From Synergistaceae bacterium (GTDB lineage: Bacteria; Synergistota; Synergistia; Synergistales; Synergistaceae), in assembly GCA_031257775.1 (NCBI GenBank), contig JAIROA010000033.1:1321-65320 (forward strand): 64,000 bases of DNA, read 5' to 3'. A program made the translations under genes and the position numbers. Positions within the stretch are counted from its first letter, which is position 1. Each line of letters opens with the position of its first letter. The notes beneath the pieces were generated by a model. That model was not told where the DNA came from, made no database searches, and saw nothing but the letters and a program-made list of their open reading frames with translations. Positions 1 through 8,942 of the stretch are shown one piece after another.

Positions 1-1003
1 CCTTGAAACCGGGCATGTCAGTGAGGATCTTTGCCTCCCGGACAATGCTTTCCCTGCTGCGAGGCTGTATCACCCTGCCCTGGTGCGATGCTATAGCGCA
101 GAAAGCGCACTCGCCGAAGCAGCCTCTGTGGCTGGTCAGGCTAAAGGAGACTTCCTTGAATGCCGGGATTTCCTTCCCCCCATAGGACGGATGGGGCATC
201 CTGGCATACGGAAAGCCGTATACCCTATCCATTTCATCCGGCGAAAGCGGCAAAGATGGCGGATTCTGCGCGACGATCCAAGGACCGTTGTCCTGCATCA
301 GCACTCTTCCGTCCGCGAAATTCTGTTCCTCATAGAAAACCCTGAACGCCTCGGCGAACGCCTTTTTATTGCCGCGCACGTCATCAAACGACGGCAGCTC
401 AAGCGAGCCGGGGGCTGACGATATGTCGTGTGTTTTCCAGCACGTTCCAGGCACGTCGCGGATCATGCTTATATCCTCTCCGGCAGCAAGGCGAGCGGCG
501 ATTTGCTCAAGCGATGTTTCCGCCATCCCGTACGCGAGGATATCCGCCCTGCTGTCAGCCAGGATGGATCTTCGCACGCTGTCTGACCAGTAGTCGTAGT
601 GCGCGATTCTCCGGAGGCTTGCCTCCAGGCCGCCGATTATAAGGGGAACGTCTTTCCATAGCTCCCTTATCCTGTTGCAGTACACAATCGTCGCCCTGTC
701 CGGCCTGAGCCCGGGTTCCCCGTCGGGGGAATACGCGTCACGCCTCCTTCTTTTGCCGATAGACGAGTAGTTCGACAGCATAGAGTCCAGATTGCCGGCA
801 GTCACTAAAGCCGCAAGGCGCGGACGCCCAAGGCGGGCAAAATCGTCCGCGGAACGCCACTTCGGCTGAGGGACAATGCCGACTCTGTAGCCTAATGATT
901 CCAGGAGCCTGCCGACCACGGCATGCCCGAAAGTGGGATGATCGACGTAGGCATCCCCCGTTATGAGGAGAAAATCTATCCCATCCCACCCTCGGGCCGT
1001 CAT
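1..1003 (-). CDS. ygiQ: YgiQ-family radical SAM protein (UPF0313), N-terminal part; 3' end runs off the window
   Basis: Not in the ORF track because it is truncated by the edge. My translation from ATG 1003-1001 gives MTARGWDGIDFLLITGDAYVDHPTFGHAVVGRLLESLGYRVGIVPQPKW ... SLTSHRGCFGECAFCAI. It has a CxxxCxxC radical-SAM motif and is open to position 1. The N-terminus matches the YgiQ signature I remember (ITGDAYVDHPSFG). Confidence 0.85.
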   Translation of the reverse strand, partial: MTARGWDGIDFLLITGDAYVDHPTFGHAVVGRLLESLGYRVGIVPQPKWRSADDFARLGRPRLAALVTAGNLDSMLSNYSSIGKRRRRDAYSPDGEPGLRPDRATIVYCNRIRELWKDVPLIIGGLEASLRRIAHYDYWSDSVRRSILADSRADILAYGMAETSLEQIAARLAAGEDISMIRDVPGTCWKTHDISSAPGSLELPSFDDVRGNKKAFAEAFRVFYEEQNFADGRVLMQDNGPWIVAQNPPSLPLSPDEMDRVYGFPYARMPHPSYGGKEIPAFKEVSFSLTSHRGCFGECAFCAIASHQGRVIQPRSRESIVREAKILTDMPGFK

Positions 1004-1071
1004 TTCGCGTTTCGTAATCGGAAGAAATGGAAAATCGTCTTTAGGTGTTGAACGCGATATATTTTTGAAAC

Positions 1072-1557
1072 TCATAACTGCGTCATCAATGTAATTCCCT
1101 CGGTATTCATGCCGCCTAAAAACCCCGCGACCGTCCAGCCATATTTGGGATGCTTCCACCCCGGGGCGACGTCTGAGAGCGGAACCATGACGAAACCCCT
1201 CAGTTCCATGAGTGGATGCGGGATTATCAGCTCCGGGTCATTCATTATGAGGTCATCGTAAAAAATGATGTCTATGTCGATCTCGCGAGGCCCCCAGTGT
1301 GCCCTCTTAACCCTGCCAATATCGCGTTCTATCGTCTTTGCTTTTTCCAGAAGACCGGGCGGCGTGATTTCGGTTTCAACTATGAGACAAGCGTTCATGA
1401 AATCCGGCTGATCCGTCCGGCCCCACGGGACTGTCTTATACACACCGCTCTTTGCTGTCACGTTCCCTATCCGCTCTGAAATGATCTCCGCGGCGCGGCG
1501 GAGCGCGCCAAGGCTTTCGCCTACATTAGCGCCGAGAGCGAGGGCTGCCTCACTCAT
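1072..1557 (-). CDS. folK: 2-amino-4-hydroxy-6-hydroxymethyldihydropteridine diphosphokinase (HPPK)
   Basis: 161 aa with HPPK-like motifs: VYKTVPWG, REIDIDIIFYDD, LIIPHPLMELRGFVMVPL. Overlaps the folP stop by 8 nt. Confidence 0.9.
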   Translation of the reverse strand: MSEAALALGANVGESLGALRRAAEIISERIGNVTAKSGVYKTVPWGRTDQPDFMNACLIVETEITPPGLLEKAKTIERDIGRVKRAHWGPREIDIDIIFYDDLIMNDPELIIPHPLMELRGFVMVPLSDVAPGWKHPKYGWTVAGFLGGMNTEGITLMTQL

Positions 1558-2449
1558 GCCTGAACTCTTTTATCCGGCTCACGGTCTCTACGACGCGCCT
1601 GTTCTCCTTGACGTCATGCACTCTGATTATCTGAACGCCCTCCTCGGCGCAAAGGGCAGAAACGGCAAGCGTTCCCTCCAGGCTGTTTTCGGGGGTTGCC
1701 TGCGATTCAAGGCCGGCAAGATGAATTATCCTGCCGAGGAAACCCTTGCGTGACACTCCGGCTAAAACAGGGAGGCCGAACTTTCTCATCTCGCCTATGT
1801 TGGCAACTATCTCGATATTATCTTCCATCCTCTTCCCAAAACCAACGCCAGGATCCAGTATTATCCTATCTCTCGATACCCCGGCCCGCAAAAGGGATTC
1901 AATTTTTGCCTCGAAAAAATTAAAGAGATCCGCCCAGAAATCATCGTAATGCGGATTTTGCTGCATCACGTCAGGGGTTCCTTTTGTATGCATCAGGACA
2001 TAAGAAGCGCCTGTCTCGCAGAGTAGCGAAACCATCTCCTGAGACTCGCATGGCAATTCCAGGCCGGATACGTCGTTTATAATGTCAGCGCCGGCTTTGA
2101 GCGATAACCGGGCGGTTTTTGCCCTTCTCGTGTCCACGGATATCGGGATTTGAGGCATCTCGTCCCTGATTGCCTCTATGGCCGGAATGAGCGCGGCAAT
2201 CTCCGAATCCTCCAGCACGGCTTGCGAGCCCGGCCTCGTGGACTCAGCGCCGATATCCAGAATGTCGGCACCGTCCCTTGCCATCTTCCTTGCGGTTTCC
2301 AGCGCGTCGTCAGGCGAAGATAGCCTACTCGGCGCGAAAAAAGAATCCGGAGTCATGTTCAAAATCCCCATGACTAAAGTCCTCCCAAAAAGAAGCGACC
2401 TTCCTCCGGCTAGATGCATTTTTTCGCGCGCGGCTTCCGGAATGCACAT
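1550..2449 (-). CDS. folP: dihydropteroate synthase
   Basis: Contains VMGILNMTPDSFF, DILDIGAESTRPG, DPGVGFGK and VSRKGF, all DHPS hallmarks. The true start may be the internal ATG at 2419 (MHLAGG...). Confidence 0.9.
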   Translation of the reverse strand: MCIPEAAREKMHLAGGRSLLFGRTLVMGILNMTPDSFFAPSRLSSPDDALETARKMARDGADILDIGAESTRPGSQAVLEDSEIAALIPAIEAIRDEMPQIPISVDTRRAKTARLSLKAGADIINDVSGLELPCESQEMVSLLCETGASYVLMHTKGTPDVMQQNPHYDDFWADLFNFFEAKIESLLRAGVSRDRIILDPGVGFGKRMEDNIEIVANIGEMRKFGLPVLAGVSRKGFLGRIIHLAGLESQATPENSLEGTLAVSALCAEEGVQIIRVHDVKENRRVVETVSRIKEFRHE

Positions 2450-2467
2450 AGCTTAGATGATAAGCGC

Positions 2468-3334
2468 CTATTCCGCGGACGGGATGAATTTATAGCCTTC
2501 CGCGACTTCCAGATCCCGCTCAATATTTCCAATGGCTGGGTAAGCCACGTGCATGCCGGCTACCGGCACCTTACCATCCGTCACGAATTTCAGCACTTCT
2601 TTCCTGATTGCGGCAGCGCGCACGGGGTCTGAGTCGTATGTAACGGAGATATCAGGACGCGGCATCTGTATTGCCATAGCGTGAGTGAGGTCGCCCCACA
2701 CGAGCAGACGTTCACCGGCAGACTCTATCAGGAAGATCGTGTGGCCGGGTGTGTGCCCGTAAGCCTGTATCGCTCTTATCCCTTCCATGATCTCTAGCCC
2801 TGAATCCGCCAGGTTACCTGGATCAAACTGGCTAACGCAGCCCGCGTAGGCCGAAAGGCTCCGCCTGACCTGCGGCGACCAGGAAAACTCCGCCTTAGAT
2901 ATATAAACTTTGGCTTTAGGGAACGCGGGAGAGCCGTTTTTTACAAGCCCGCCGATATGGTCTCCGTGGCTGTGCGTTATCAGTATAGTGCCTATGTCAT
3001 CCGGGGATAAGCCAATGCTCTTCAGGTTCCCCTCAAGCTTCTCGCCGAGGCCCGCGTCAATCAGGATCGCTCCGTCTTTAGTCCTGACGAGGAAAGTATT
3101 CACGGCTGTCGGATAGCTGCCCGAAGAAACATACTTTTCGATATCCCGCGAGGAAGCGTCGATTAGAATGGACAGCGATCCTTCCGATTGCCTCTCGGAT
3201 AGCGCGTAAACCTCGAACGTGCCTACCTTAGAGCGAAAAACCGGGTTTGCTTTGTCAGTGGCGGCGCAAACCTTCCCGACGCCGAAAAACGCAAGAAACA
3301 GAACACCTGCCGCAAGGAACAACATCTGCCTCAT
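2468..3334 (-). CDS. MBL-fold metallo-hydrolase with N-terminal signal peptide
   Basis: HxHxDH motif (ITHSHGDHIGG) plus later GHTPGH. Hydrophobic N-terminus MRQMLFLAAGVLFLAFFGVGKVCA. GAGGAGG SD upstream. Confidence 0.8.
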   Translation of the reverse strand: MRQMLFLAAGVLFLAFFGVGKVCAATDKANPVFRSKVGTFEVYALSERQSEGSLSILIDASSRDIEKYVSSGSYPTAVNTFLVRTKDGAILIDAGLGEKLEGNLKSIGLSPDDIGTILITHSHGDHIGGLVKNGSPAFPKAKVYISKAEFSWSPQVRRSLSAYAGCVSQFDPGNLADSGLEIMEGIRAIQAYGHTPGHTIFLIESAGERLLVWGDLTHAMAIQMPRPDISVTYDSDPVRAAAIRKEVLKFVTDGKVPVAGMHVAYPAIGNIERDLEVAEGYKFIPSAE

Positions 3335-3346
3335 AACTCAGCCTCC

Positions 3347-3922
3347 TCAGTTTACGGCACGGCAAAACGCACCGTTACATTCCCGCTCGACGACCTTCCC
3401 GCACAGCCACTCTGACATCGGATGACGCCTCAGAGCGATAAAAGAAGCCATCTGAAGGTGCAGGCACTTGACTGCCACTGGATCTTCAGAGTAACGGGCA
3501 CCGCCAACCCCCCTAGCGCAAATAGCGCGATAAAGAGCTTTCCTCCGGTTTCTCAGAAATGCCCTCTGCGCTGGTTTTATCATCGAAAGCCTCAGCAGCG
3601 CGTGCGACAGGTGATATTTCCTCCATTCCGCGTCCATATTCCGCGACTCTTCCTTTAGCCCGGCAACTCCACCGCCTGACTCCAGGGTGGCGATGGATCG
3701 TATAAGGAATGGGCAGACGAGCCAGAAAGAAGTCGGGAAAGGCTTCATGCGTTGCAACGCCCCGCACAGCACTACCTGCGGAAAACCCCAGCGGCACCGA
3801 TGCGCGGCTCCTTTTATCAGGCTCATTGAAAAGCCGTCTCTTTTATCGCCCAAAATGGCTGCGTCGGCGCTTTGAAAACGAGAAAAAAATGCCGCAGGGA
3901 AAAAAGAGCGGGCCTCAGGCAC
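3347..3922 (-). CDS. DUF501-like protein (function unknown)
   Basis: RCRWGFPQVV ... PFPTSFWLVCPFLIRSIATLESGGGV resembles the DUF501 core as I recall it. The start may be the internal ATG at 3826 (MSLIKG...). Confidence 0.5.
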   Translation of the reverse strand: MPEARSFFPAAFFSRFQSADAAILGDKRDGFSMSLIKGAAHRCRWGFPQVVLCGALQRMKPFPTSFWLVCPFLIRSIATLESGGGVAGLKEESRNMDAEWRKYHLSHALLRLSMIKPAQRAFLRNRRKALYRAICARGVGGARYSEDPVAVKCLHLQMASFIALRRHPMSEWLCGKVVERECNGAFCRAVN

Positions 3923-3945
3923 TTATCTATCCTCGCTGTTTTTTC

Positions 3946-4347
3946 TCACTTCTTGCCGGAGCGCCTCTTGCCGCCCCTTGAGTCCTTCATCTTGCTGTTT
4001 AAGTCGGCGATTTTTTCGTCGCTCTGCTTCATAAAAGATGTCAGTTTCTTCTCAAAATCCTCTTCGCGGCGGACAGGCCGCTGCTCTTTCACCTGCAAGG
4101 CCTTTATCGAAAGGTCTATCCGTCCTTTTTCATCAATTTTGATGACCTTTGCCGTTATTTCCTGGGATGGCGCAAGTACGTCCTCCACTTTTTTGACAAA
4201 GTTATAGGACAGCTCCGATATATGAATCATCGCCTTCTGTCCGCCCTCAAGCCTTATAAAGGCACCATACGGGGCGATGTGCTCCACTGTTCCACTGAGA
4301 ACGTCGCCCACCCCCACGACGGAAGCCGCCGTCTTTTCATCTGACAT
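3946..4347 (-). CDS. S1 RNA-binding domain protein (YabR/GSP13-like)
   Basis: S1 fold signature GDVLSGTVEHIAPYGAFIRLEGGQKAMIHISELS ... KVIKIDEKGRIDLSIK with a lysine-rich tail. I prefer ATG 4347 (MSDEK...), which is preceded by GGAGG, over the longest ORF start at 4389. Confidence 0.8.
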   Translation of the reverse strand: MSDEKTAASVVGVGDVLSGTVEHIAPYGAFIRLEGGQKAMIHISELSYNFVKKVEDVLAPSQEITAKVIKIDEKGRIDLSIKALQVKEQRPVRREEDFEKKLTSFMKQSDEKIADLNSKMKDSRGGKRRSGKK

Positions 4348-4416
4348 AAGTACTTCATACCTCCAGTTTGTTTTTAAGTAAAATGCCAATAAAAAATGAA
4401 AATTAACGCCAATATC

Positions 4417-5040
4417 TTAGATTTTTTTATTTACAGGCAACCAGACCCACTTCAATGGCGCCCCCCCTCCAAAAACCCGCAACAACAGCAGATGATGCCT
4501 CTCTCCTGTTTTTGGCCGATCATTATCATACCAAAAAAGCAAGTTTCCGCTACCCTTATCAAGCGCGCTTTTTACGACTTTTTCCTGAAAAATCGGCGAA
4601 TATAGCGCAAGCACGCTCGCTCGTTCAAACTTCGGGAGAGACTTGACGAAGTGAAGCCTGTTCCTACGCGTGATCGGTGTTTTGGCAATCTTCCCCATCG
4701 CGCGCCTTGCTGCCGCTCTTTCCTTTATATTCAGCCTATACCTGCGGATGCTTTTTTCCCTGAAAACAGCCAGGTTGATGGAGCGAACCTTAAAATTTTC
4801 CGCCAAACGCCCGCAAATCAGATCCCCCGCGCTTACCGCCCTCATGCCCTTCCACTTGGCAAAAAGCGCCGCCTGGACTCTGGGCTCCGCCCTCATAGGG
4901 TTTATCTCAACCTTGTGAAAATGCGTCATTATCTTAGCAGCCTGCGTTGCCTTTCGCGGATTTGCAAGCTTCCGCACCACTATGCGGCCAAGAAATAAAC
5001 GCGAAAGCTTCCTGCCGAACTCAGAAAGTATATCCTTCAT
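4417..5040 (-). CDS. hypothetical protein, strongly basic (207 aa)
   Basis: Long ORF starting 6 nt after the stop of the upstream gene. By my count roughly 45 Arg+Lys versus about 15 Asp+Glu. No motif I can place. Confidence 0.55.
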   Translation of the reverse strand: MKDILSEFGRKLSRLFLGRIVVRKLANPRKATQAAKIMTHFHKVEINPMRAEPRVQAALFAKWKGMRAVSAGDLICGRLAENFKVRSINLAVFREKSIRRYRLNIKERAAARRAMGKIAKTPITRRNRLHFVKSLPKFERASVLALYSPIFQEKVVKSALDKGSGNLLFWYDNDRPKTGERHHLLLLRVFGGGAPLKWVWLPVNKKI

Positions 5041-5046
5041 GCGCGG

Positions 5047-5598
5047 TCATGATTCTGACTCTGACACCGCCTCGAAAGCCTTAGCTATGCGCGTGAAAGG
5101 CTCCATAAGCTCCATGTCGAGAGCCGCTGATGTAAGCGATTCGGCGATCTGGGCTATCTTGGAGGCGTTCTCCTGCGTTACGGATAGCCTGAACGGGGCG
5201 CTTATGTTGTCGGCCTGAAATATAAAAACACCGTTCTCCGACGTCGGCTCGCATTTCCCGCTCGCCTCAAGCGGCGACCGCTGAGTGGGCTCTATGGCGA
5301 CCGCCTGAAGTTTCGTAAGCTTCTGCACGGGACGCATCAGATCTTCGCTATCGACCAGCCATAAAGACGGGCTTGCCTCGACAGCGCCGAGGAGGTTTTC
5401 CAGTATCACTTCCTCGCGAAGATATATATCAAGAGCGCCGCCGTAGAGGATGCGCTCCAGTTTAGTCGGTCTTACAGGCTCAGTGTACCGGAAGTCAACA
5501 GGTATGCCCCTCGCGTCAGTGACCAGAGCCGCTCCTCTGAAAAAATTATCCCTTGCCTCTATCGTCAAGAACCCCAAAAGGAGCTTTTTTTCCGCCAC
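5047..5598 (-). CDS. hypothetical protein, acidic (183 aa)
   Basis: GTG start with GGAG about 10 nt upstream. Composition is coding-like. No recognisable motif. Confidence 0.6.
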   Translation of the reverse strand: MAEKKLLLGFLTIEARDNFFRGAALVTDARGIPVDFRYTEPVRPTKLERILYGGALDIYLREEVILENLLGAVEASPSLWLVDSEDLMRPVQKLTKLQAVAIEPTQRSPLEASGKCEPTSENGVFIFQADNISAPFRLSVTQENASKIAQIAESLTSAALDMELMEPFTRIAKAFEAVSESES

Positions 5599-5725
5599 AA
5601 TCTATCATCTCCGTGACTTTCGCCGCTTCATGCCTATTTAAAAACCAAAAACTGCGTGCAAAGCGTAAAAACCAGCGTGTATGACGAAAAAACCACGTCA
5701 AAAACAGCCTCGCCGCGAATCGGCA

Positions 5726-6040
5726 TCACGCCAAAAAATCAAGCCTGCCTGAGGAAGCGCCCGACGCATTTTTCTCTTCGGCCTCATCCGTCTCAGGCAA
5801 TGAATCCCGTTTTTTTTTACCGCGCCTCTCGTCTTTTTTCCCTTCGTCCTTACGATCCTTTATCTTCACGTCCCCATCAGTACGGTCCGTACCCTGCACC
5901 GTCTGCTTTTCGCGCTCGGTTTTCTTCGCGATCTCGTCCTGCTGAAGCGTCTGAACGTGATGCGCGCTCGGATCGCGTATCTGGCTTGCCCTCTGTTCGC
6001 TATTTAAAATCGAAAGGTTTGAATCTATAGGCCTCAGCAC
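5726..6040 (-). CDS. small charged hypothetical protein (104 aa) at the distal end of the motility operon
   Basis: GTG start 8 nt after a GAGGAGG SD. The K/E/D/R-rich C-terminal half reads KIKDRKDEGKKDERRGKKKRD. No homolog recognised. Confidence 0.55.
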   Translation of the reverse strand: MLRPIDSNLSILNSEQRASQIRDPSAHHVQTLQQDEIAKKTEREKQTVQGTDRTDGDVKIKDRKDEGKKDERRGKKKRDSLPETDEAEEKNASGASSGRLDFLA

Positions 6041-6103
6041 GAAAAACGCCTCCTCTCAAAACCGGCTGCTTTGCGCATGTCCGTGAACGCCCGACAGAAT
6101 ACC

Positions 6104-7525
6104 CTACTCAAAAGATTTTATCTTGATCTCCCCATCCTCATATACGAATTTTACAAAACGCAGTCTCTCCCTGACTACGTAATGAATTCCTCTTATCGTT
6201 ATCAATACGCCCGGATAGCACACGTTCCTCACCCGCACACAGCCGTCGATCCTGTTTTCATCCGCGTCCCTTTCAAGCTCGCCCATACGTTCGCGGGCCG
6301 CGCTGTACTGCGCCTTGATCTGAAACTTCGCCTTCGTCATCTTAGCCAAAAGTTCCTGTTTGTCTGGCTTTAGGTCGCCGTTTTTCTGGAGATCCTTCAG
6401 AAAATCAATATTTGCGTCAATCTTCTCTACCTGCGCGTCAAAAAGCTTAAGGTTTTCCTGAAGTTGCCTGCGCTCCTCTATTATCTCAGGGAGCTGGCCC
6501 ACCGTTACGTCAGTCCTCGGTTCCATTTCGCTCCCGAGTATCTCGCAGACGACCTCGCTTCCGGCAACGATCCTCCCGCCAACGATCTGTCCTTTTTTAC
6601 CTCCGCCCACGACGACGTCGAACCTTGCGCCGATATCGCTGTTCAGAATGACTTCGGCGACCTTAACGCTGCGCCCCGCGCGCACAAACGCCTGATCTAT
6701 GTAGCTGATTATGACGTTCTCCTTCGCGACGAGCTTTGCCTTTCCCGCGCCTCGGACGCCTGTCTTTATCAGCATGTCGCCCCCTGCGCTCAAAGTAGCC
6801 CCTTCCACGACCCCCCCGACGCTGAGGACGTTTCCGGACGCCACCTCGAACCCTTCGCGTATGCTGCCTGTAATCGTAACCGGCCCAATAAAATCAATGT
6901 TCCCTACGCTGTAATCGACGTCCCCGTTTACCTCGAAAGTGGGATTTACCGTGAGTTTCTGGTCTTTTATGTATAGATTCCCGTCGCAGTCAGCGAAAAG
7001 CTGCGTCTTGTCCTCTGAAAGAAGAGTACCCTTGCCAGCCGACAGGTTTTTATCTTTTCCCATGTACACGTTTATCTTCCTGCCCATGACGCTGGTGCCC
7101 TCTTTGCCCTTGAAGGCTGGTATTTTCTCCGCTATCAGCTGGCCTTTCGTGACATTGATGACTGCGCCGAGTTCTCTCATATCGACCCTGTCGCCAACCG
7201 CTTTAGGCTTCAGGATGTTAAGATCGACTTTATAGTCTATCTTCGCGTCCCTGCCGTTTTCCGGCGGATCCCCTTTAGCGGTAACCACCCACTGCCTGGT
7301 GACCGGCGCCTCAAGCATATTCTTTATGGCGTCCTCATCATGGCCAAAAACAACCCCTCTTGAGTTCATCTCCCCTTTTACGCGCTCTATGGTTGGCAAG
7401 GGGACATCGCCTTGAGGAGGGATATAGAGCATCTCACATGTGAGCGCGTCGTCCGATATCTTCATGCGGAATACTGCTTCTTTCGTTTCGCCTGAATTTT
7501 CGCTTATGTCCGAATTATGATCCAC
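6104..7525 (-). CDS. DUF342 / FapA-family (flagellar assembly protein A-like) protein
   Basis: 473 aa. Has a repetitive beta-helix-like GxxV/I-rich centre followed by a C-terminal coiled coil, and sits immediately after fliA, as is typical for DUF342. Confidence 0.75.
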   Translation of the reverse strand: MDHNSDISENSGETKEAVFRMKISDDALTCEMLYIPPQGDVPLPTIERVKGEMNSRGVVFGHDEDAIKNMLEAPVTRQWVVTAKGDPPENGRDAKIDYKVDLNILKPKAVGDRVDMRELGAVINVTKGQLIAEKIPAFKGKEGTSVMGRKINVYMGKDKNLSAGKGTLLSEDKTQLFADCDGNLYIKDQKLTVNPTFEVNGDVDYSVGNIDFIGPVTITGSIREGFEVASGNVLSVGGVVEGATLSAGGDMLIKTGVRGAGKAKLVAKENVIISYIDQAFVRAGRSVKVAEVILNSDIGARFDVVVGGGKKGQIVGGRIVAGSEVVCEILGSEMEPRTDVTVGQLPEIIEERRQLQENLKLFDAQVEKIDANIDFLKDLQKNGDLKPDKQELLAKMTKAKFQIKAQYSAARERMGELERDADENRIDGCVRVRNVCYPGVLITIRGIHYVVRERLRFVKFVYEDGEIKIKSFE

Positions 7526-7554
7526 GATGCCCTCCTTGCTTCAGGTTCATAATT

Positions 7555-8307
7555 TCATGCGCCTGCCATAGCTTTCAGTCCGGCCCTCAAGAGCGAGAGC
7601 GCCCTGCCGTGCAGCTGCGACACGCGCGATTCCGTGACTCCCAGAACCTGCCCTATCTCTTTTAGAGTAAGCCCTTCGTAGTAATAAAGCGACAGTAAAA
7701 GACGCTCTCTTTCCGGAAGTTTTTTAAGAGCCTCAACGACCTGCTCAACTTCCTCAGCCTGCTCAATGAGATCAAGGGCGCTTGGCCTATCATCCTCAAG
7801 CGTATCCTCTCTCTGAATGTCTCCATCGCCCAAAGCGAGGACATCGTCTAAAGAGACGATGTAAGAGCGGCTTGCGATCTCAAGCAAGTCCTTATACGAT
7901 TTTTCGTCCATGTCCATCGCTTTCATAAGCGATGCGTCATCTGAGCTGCCGTTGGCTTTCGCCACGTTTTCAAGTGTCCGCTCGAATTTTTGCAGTTTTT
8001 CCCTGCCGCTTCTTGAAATCCAGTCGAAACGGCGCAGCTCGTCGAGTATCGCGCCCCTTATCCTCGGCACCGCAAACGTTTGGAAGCAAAACCCGCGGCC
8101 TGGCTCGAAGCGTTCGATCGCGTCGAGCAGGCCGAGCGCCCCAAAACTCAGGATATCCTCAAAGTCAAGGCCTGACGGGAATTTGACTGACATCCTGGAT
8201 GCGACGTAACGCACAAGCGGGAGGAAGCGTTTTACTATTTCTTCTTTTAGACGTGGTTCCGGAGAGCGTATATATGCTTCCCACAGTTTGTCATTCTCCA
8301 GCTCCAC
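7555..8307 (-). CDS. fliA: flagellar RNA polymerase sigma factor sigma-28 (FliA/SigD)
   Basis: Sigma-70 family region 2 (FQTFAVPRIRGAILDELR) and region 4 HTH (LTLKEIGQVLGVTESRVSQLHGRAL). Size of 250 aa and position after cheD fit. GTG start after GAAGGGGG. Confidence 0.9.
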   Translation of the reverse strand: MELENDKLWEAYIRSPEPRLKEEIVKRFLPLVRYVASRMSVKFPSGLDFEDILSFGALGLLDAIERFEPGRGFCFQTFAVPRIRGAILDELRRFDWISRSGREKLQKFERTLENVAKANGSSDDASLMKAMDMDEKSYKDLLEIASRSYIVSLDDVLALGDGDIQREDTLEDDRPSALDLIEQAEEVEQVVEALKKLPERERLLLSLYYYEGLTLKEIGQVLGVTESRVSQLHGRALSLLRAGLKAMAGA

Positions 8308-8451
8308 AAAGCTACCCCCTTCAAAAAAGTTTATGCCGGTTTGAAATCAAATGCCTAAATGGCGAACGTAAAAAGCGATGCCTGCGCGCCCTCTTCTTCG
8401 CCGTTAACGCCCTTATGAGATCAGTTTGACACTAGATTCAATGCTTTCCCG

Positions 8452-8940
8452 TTAAAGCTCCTTTGTCCCTAATCCAAGCGTTTTAACGGTGAATTTCATC
8501 GTATCGGTGTCGAACTCGACGCTGCGGCCCTTGCTTCCGCCTGTATCCTGAGCGACGAGGCGCACCCCCTCCGATGAAAGCATCTTCAGCGTGGCTTCGG
8601 TATTGCGCGCGCCGACCGCGAAAATCGCGCTGTCTTTTCCGGGCATCGAAAACATCTGGGCGCCCCCGGCCATTTTTGCCCGCAGCTGCGACTTGTTCAC
8701 CCCTAGCTTGGCTAGTTCGTCCAAAAGAAGCGGGACGGCAGTGTCAGCGAACTTTCCGGGCTTAGGGATGTTCTTGGCCTCCCTGCTGTCGGGAAGCATG
8801 ATATGCACCATTCCTACAGTTTTTGACATCTGATCGTAAATCACAAGGCCAATGCACGAGCCAAGCCCCAGCGTCACAAGATGCGCGGGGTGCCTTGAGA
8901 CCACGAGATCCGCCATTCCTACATGAACTGGCTGAACCAC
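8452..8940 (-). CDS. cheD: chemoreceptor glutamine deamidase CheD
   Basis: 162 aa. LGSCIGLVIYD and MVHIMLP motifs with the catalytic Cys context. Adjacent to cheC. Confidence 0.9.
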   Translation of the reverse strand: MVQPVHVGMADLVVSRHPAHLVTLGLGSCIGLVIYDQMSKTVGMVHIMLPDSREAKNIPKPGKFADTAVPLLLDELAKLGVNKSQLRAKMAGGAQMFSMPGKDSAIFAVGARNTEATLKMLSSEGVRLVAQDTGGSKGRSVEFDTDTMKFTVKTLGLGTKEL

Positions 8941-8942
8941 GG

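Noticed and set aside
83-989. Several 60-111-aa ORFs from the track within the first 1 kb.
   Set aside because: The whole region is one continuous minus-strand reading frame encoding a YgiQ-type radical SAM protein. The track missed it because it is truncated by the window edge, and the short ORFs are shadows of it.
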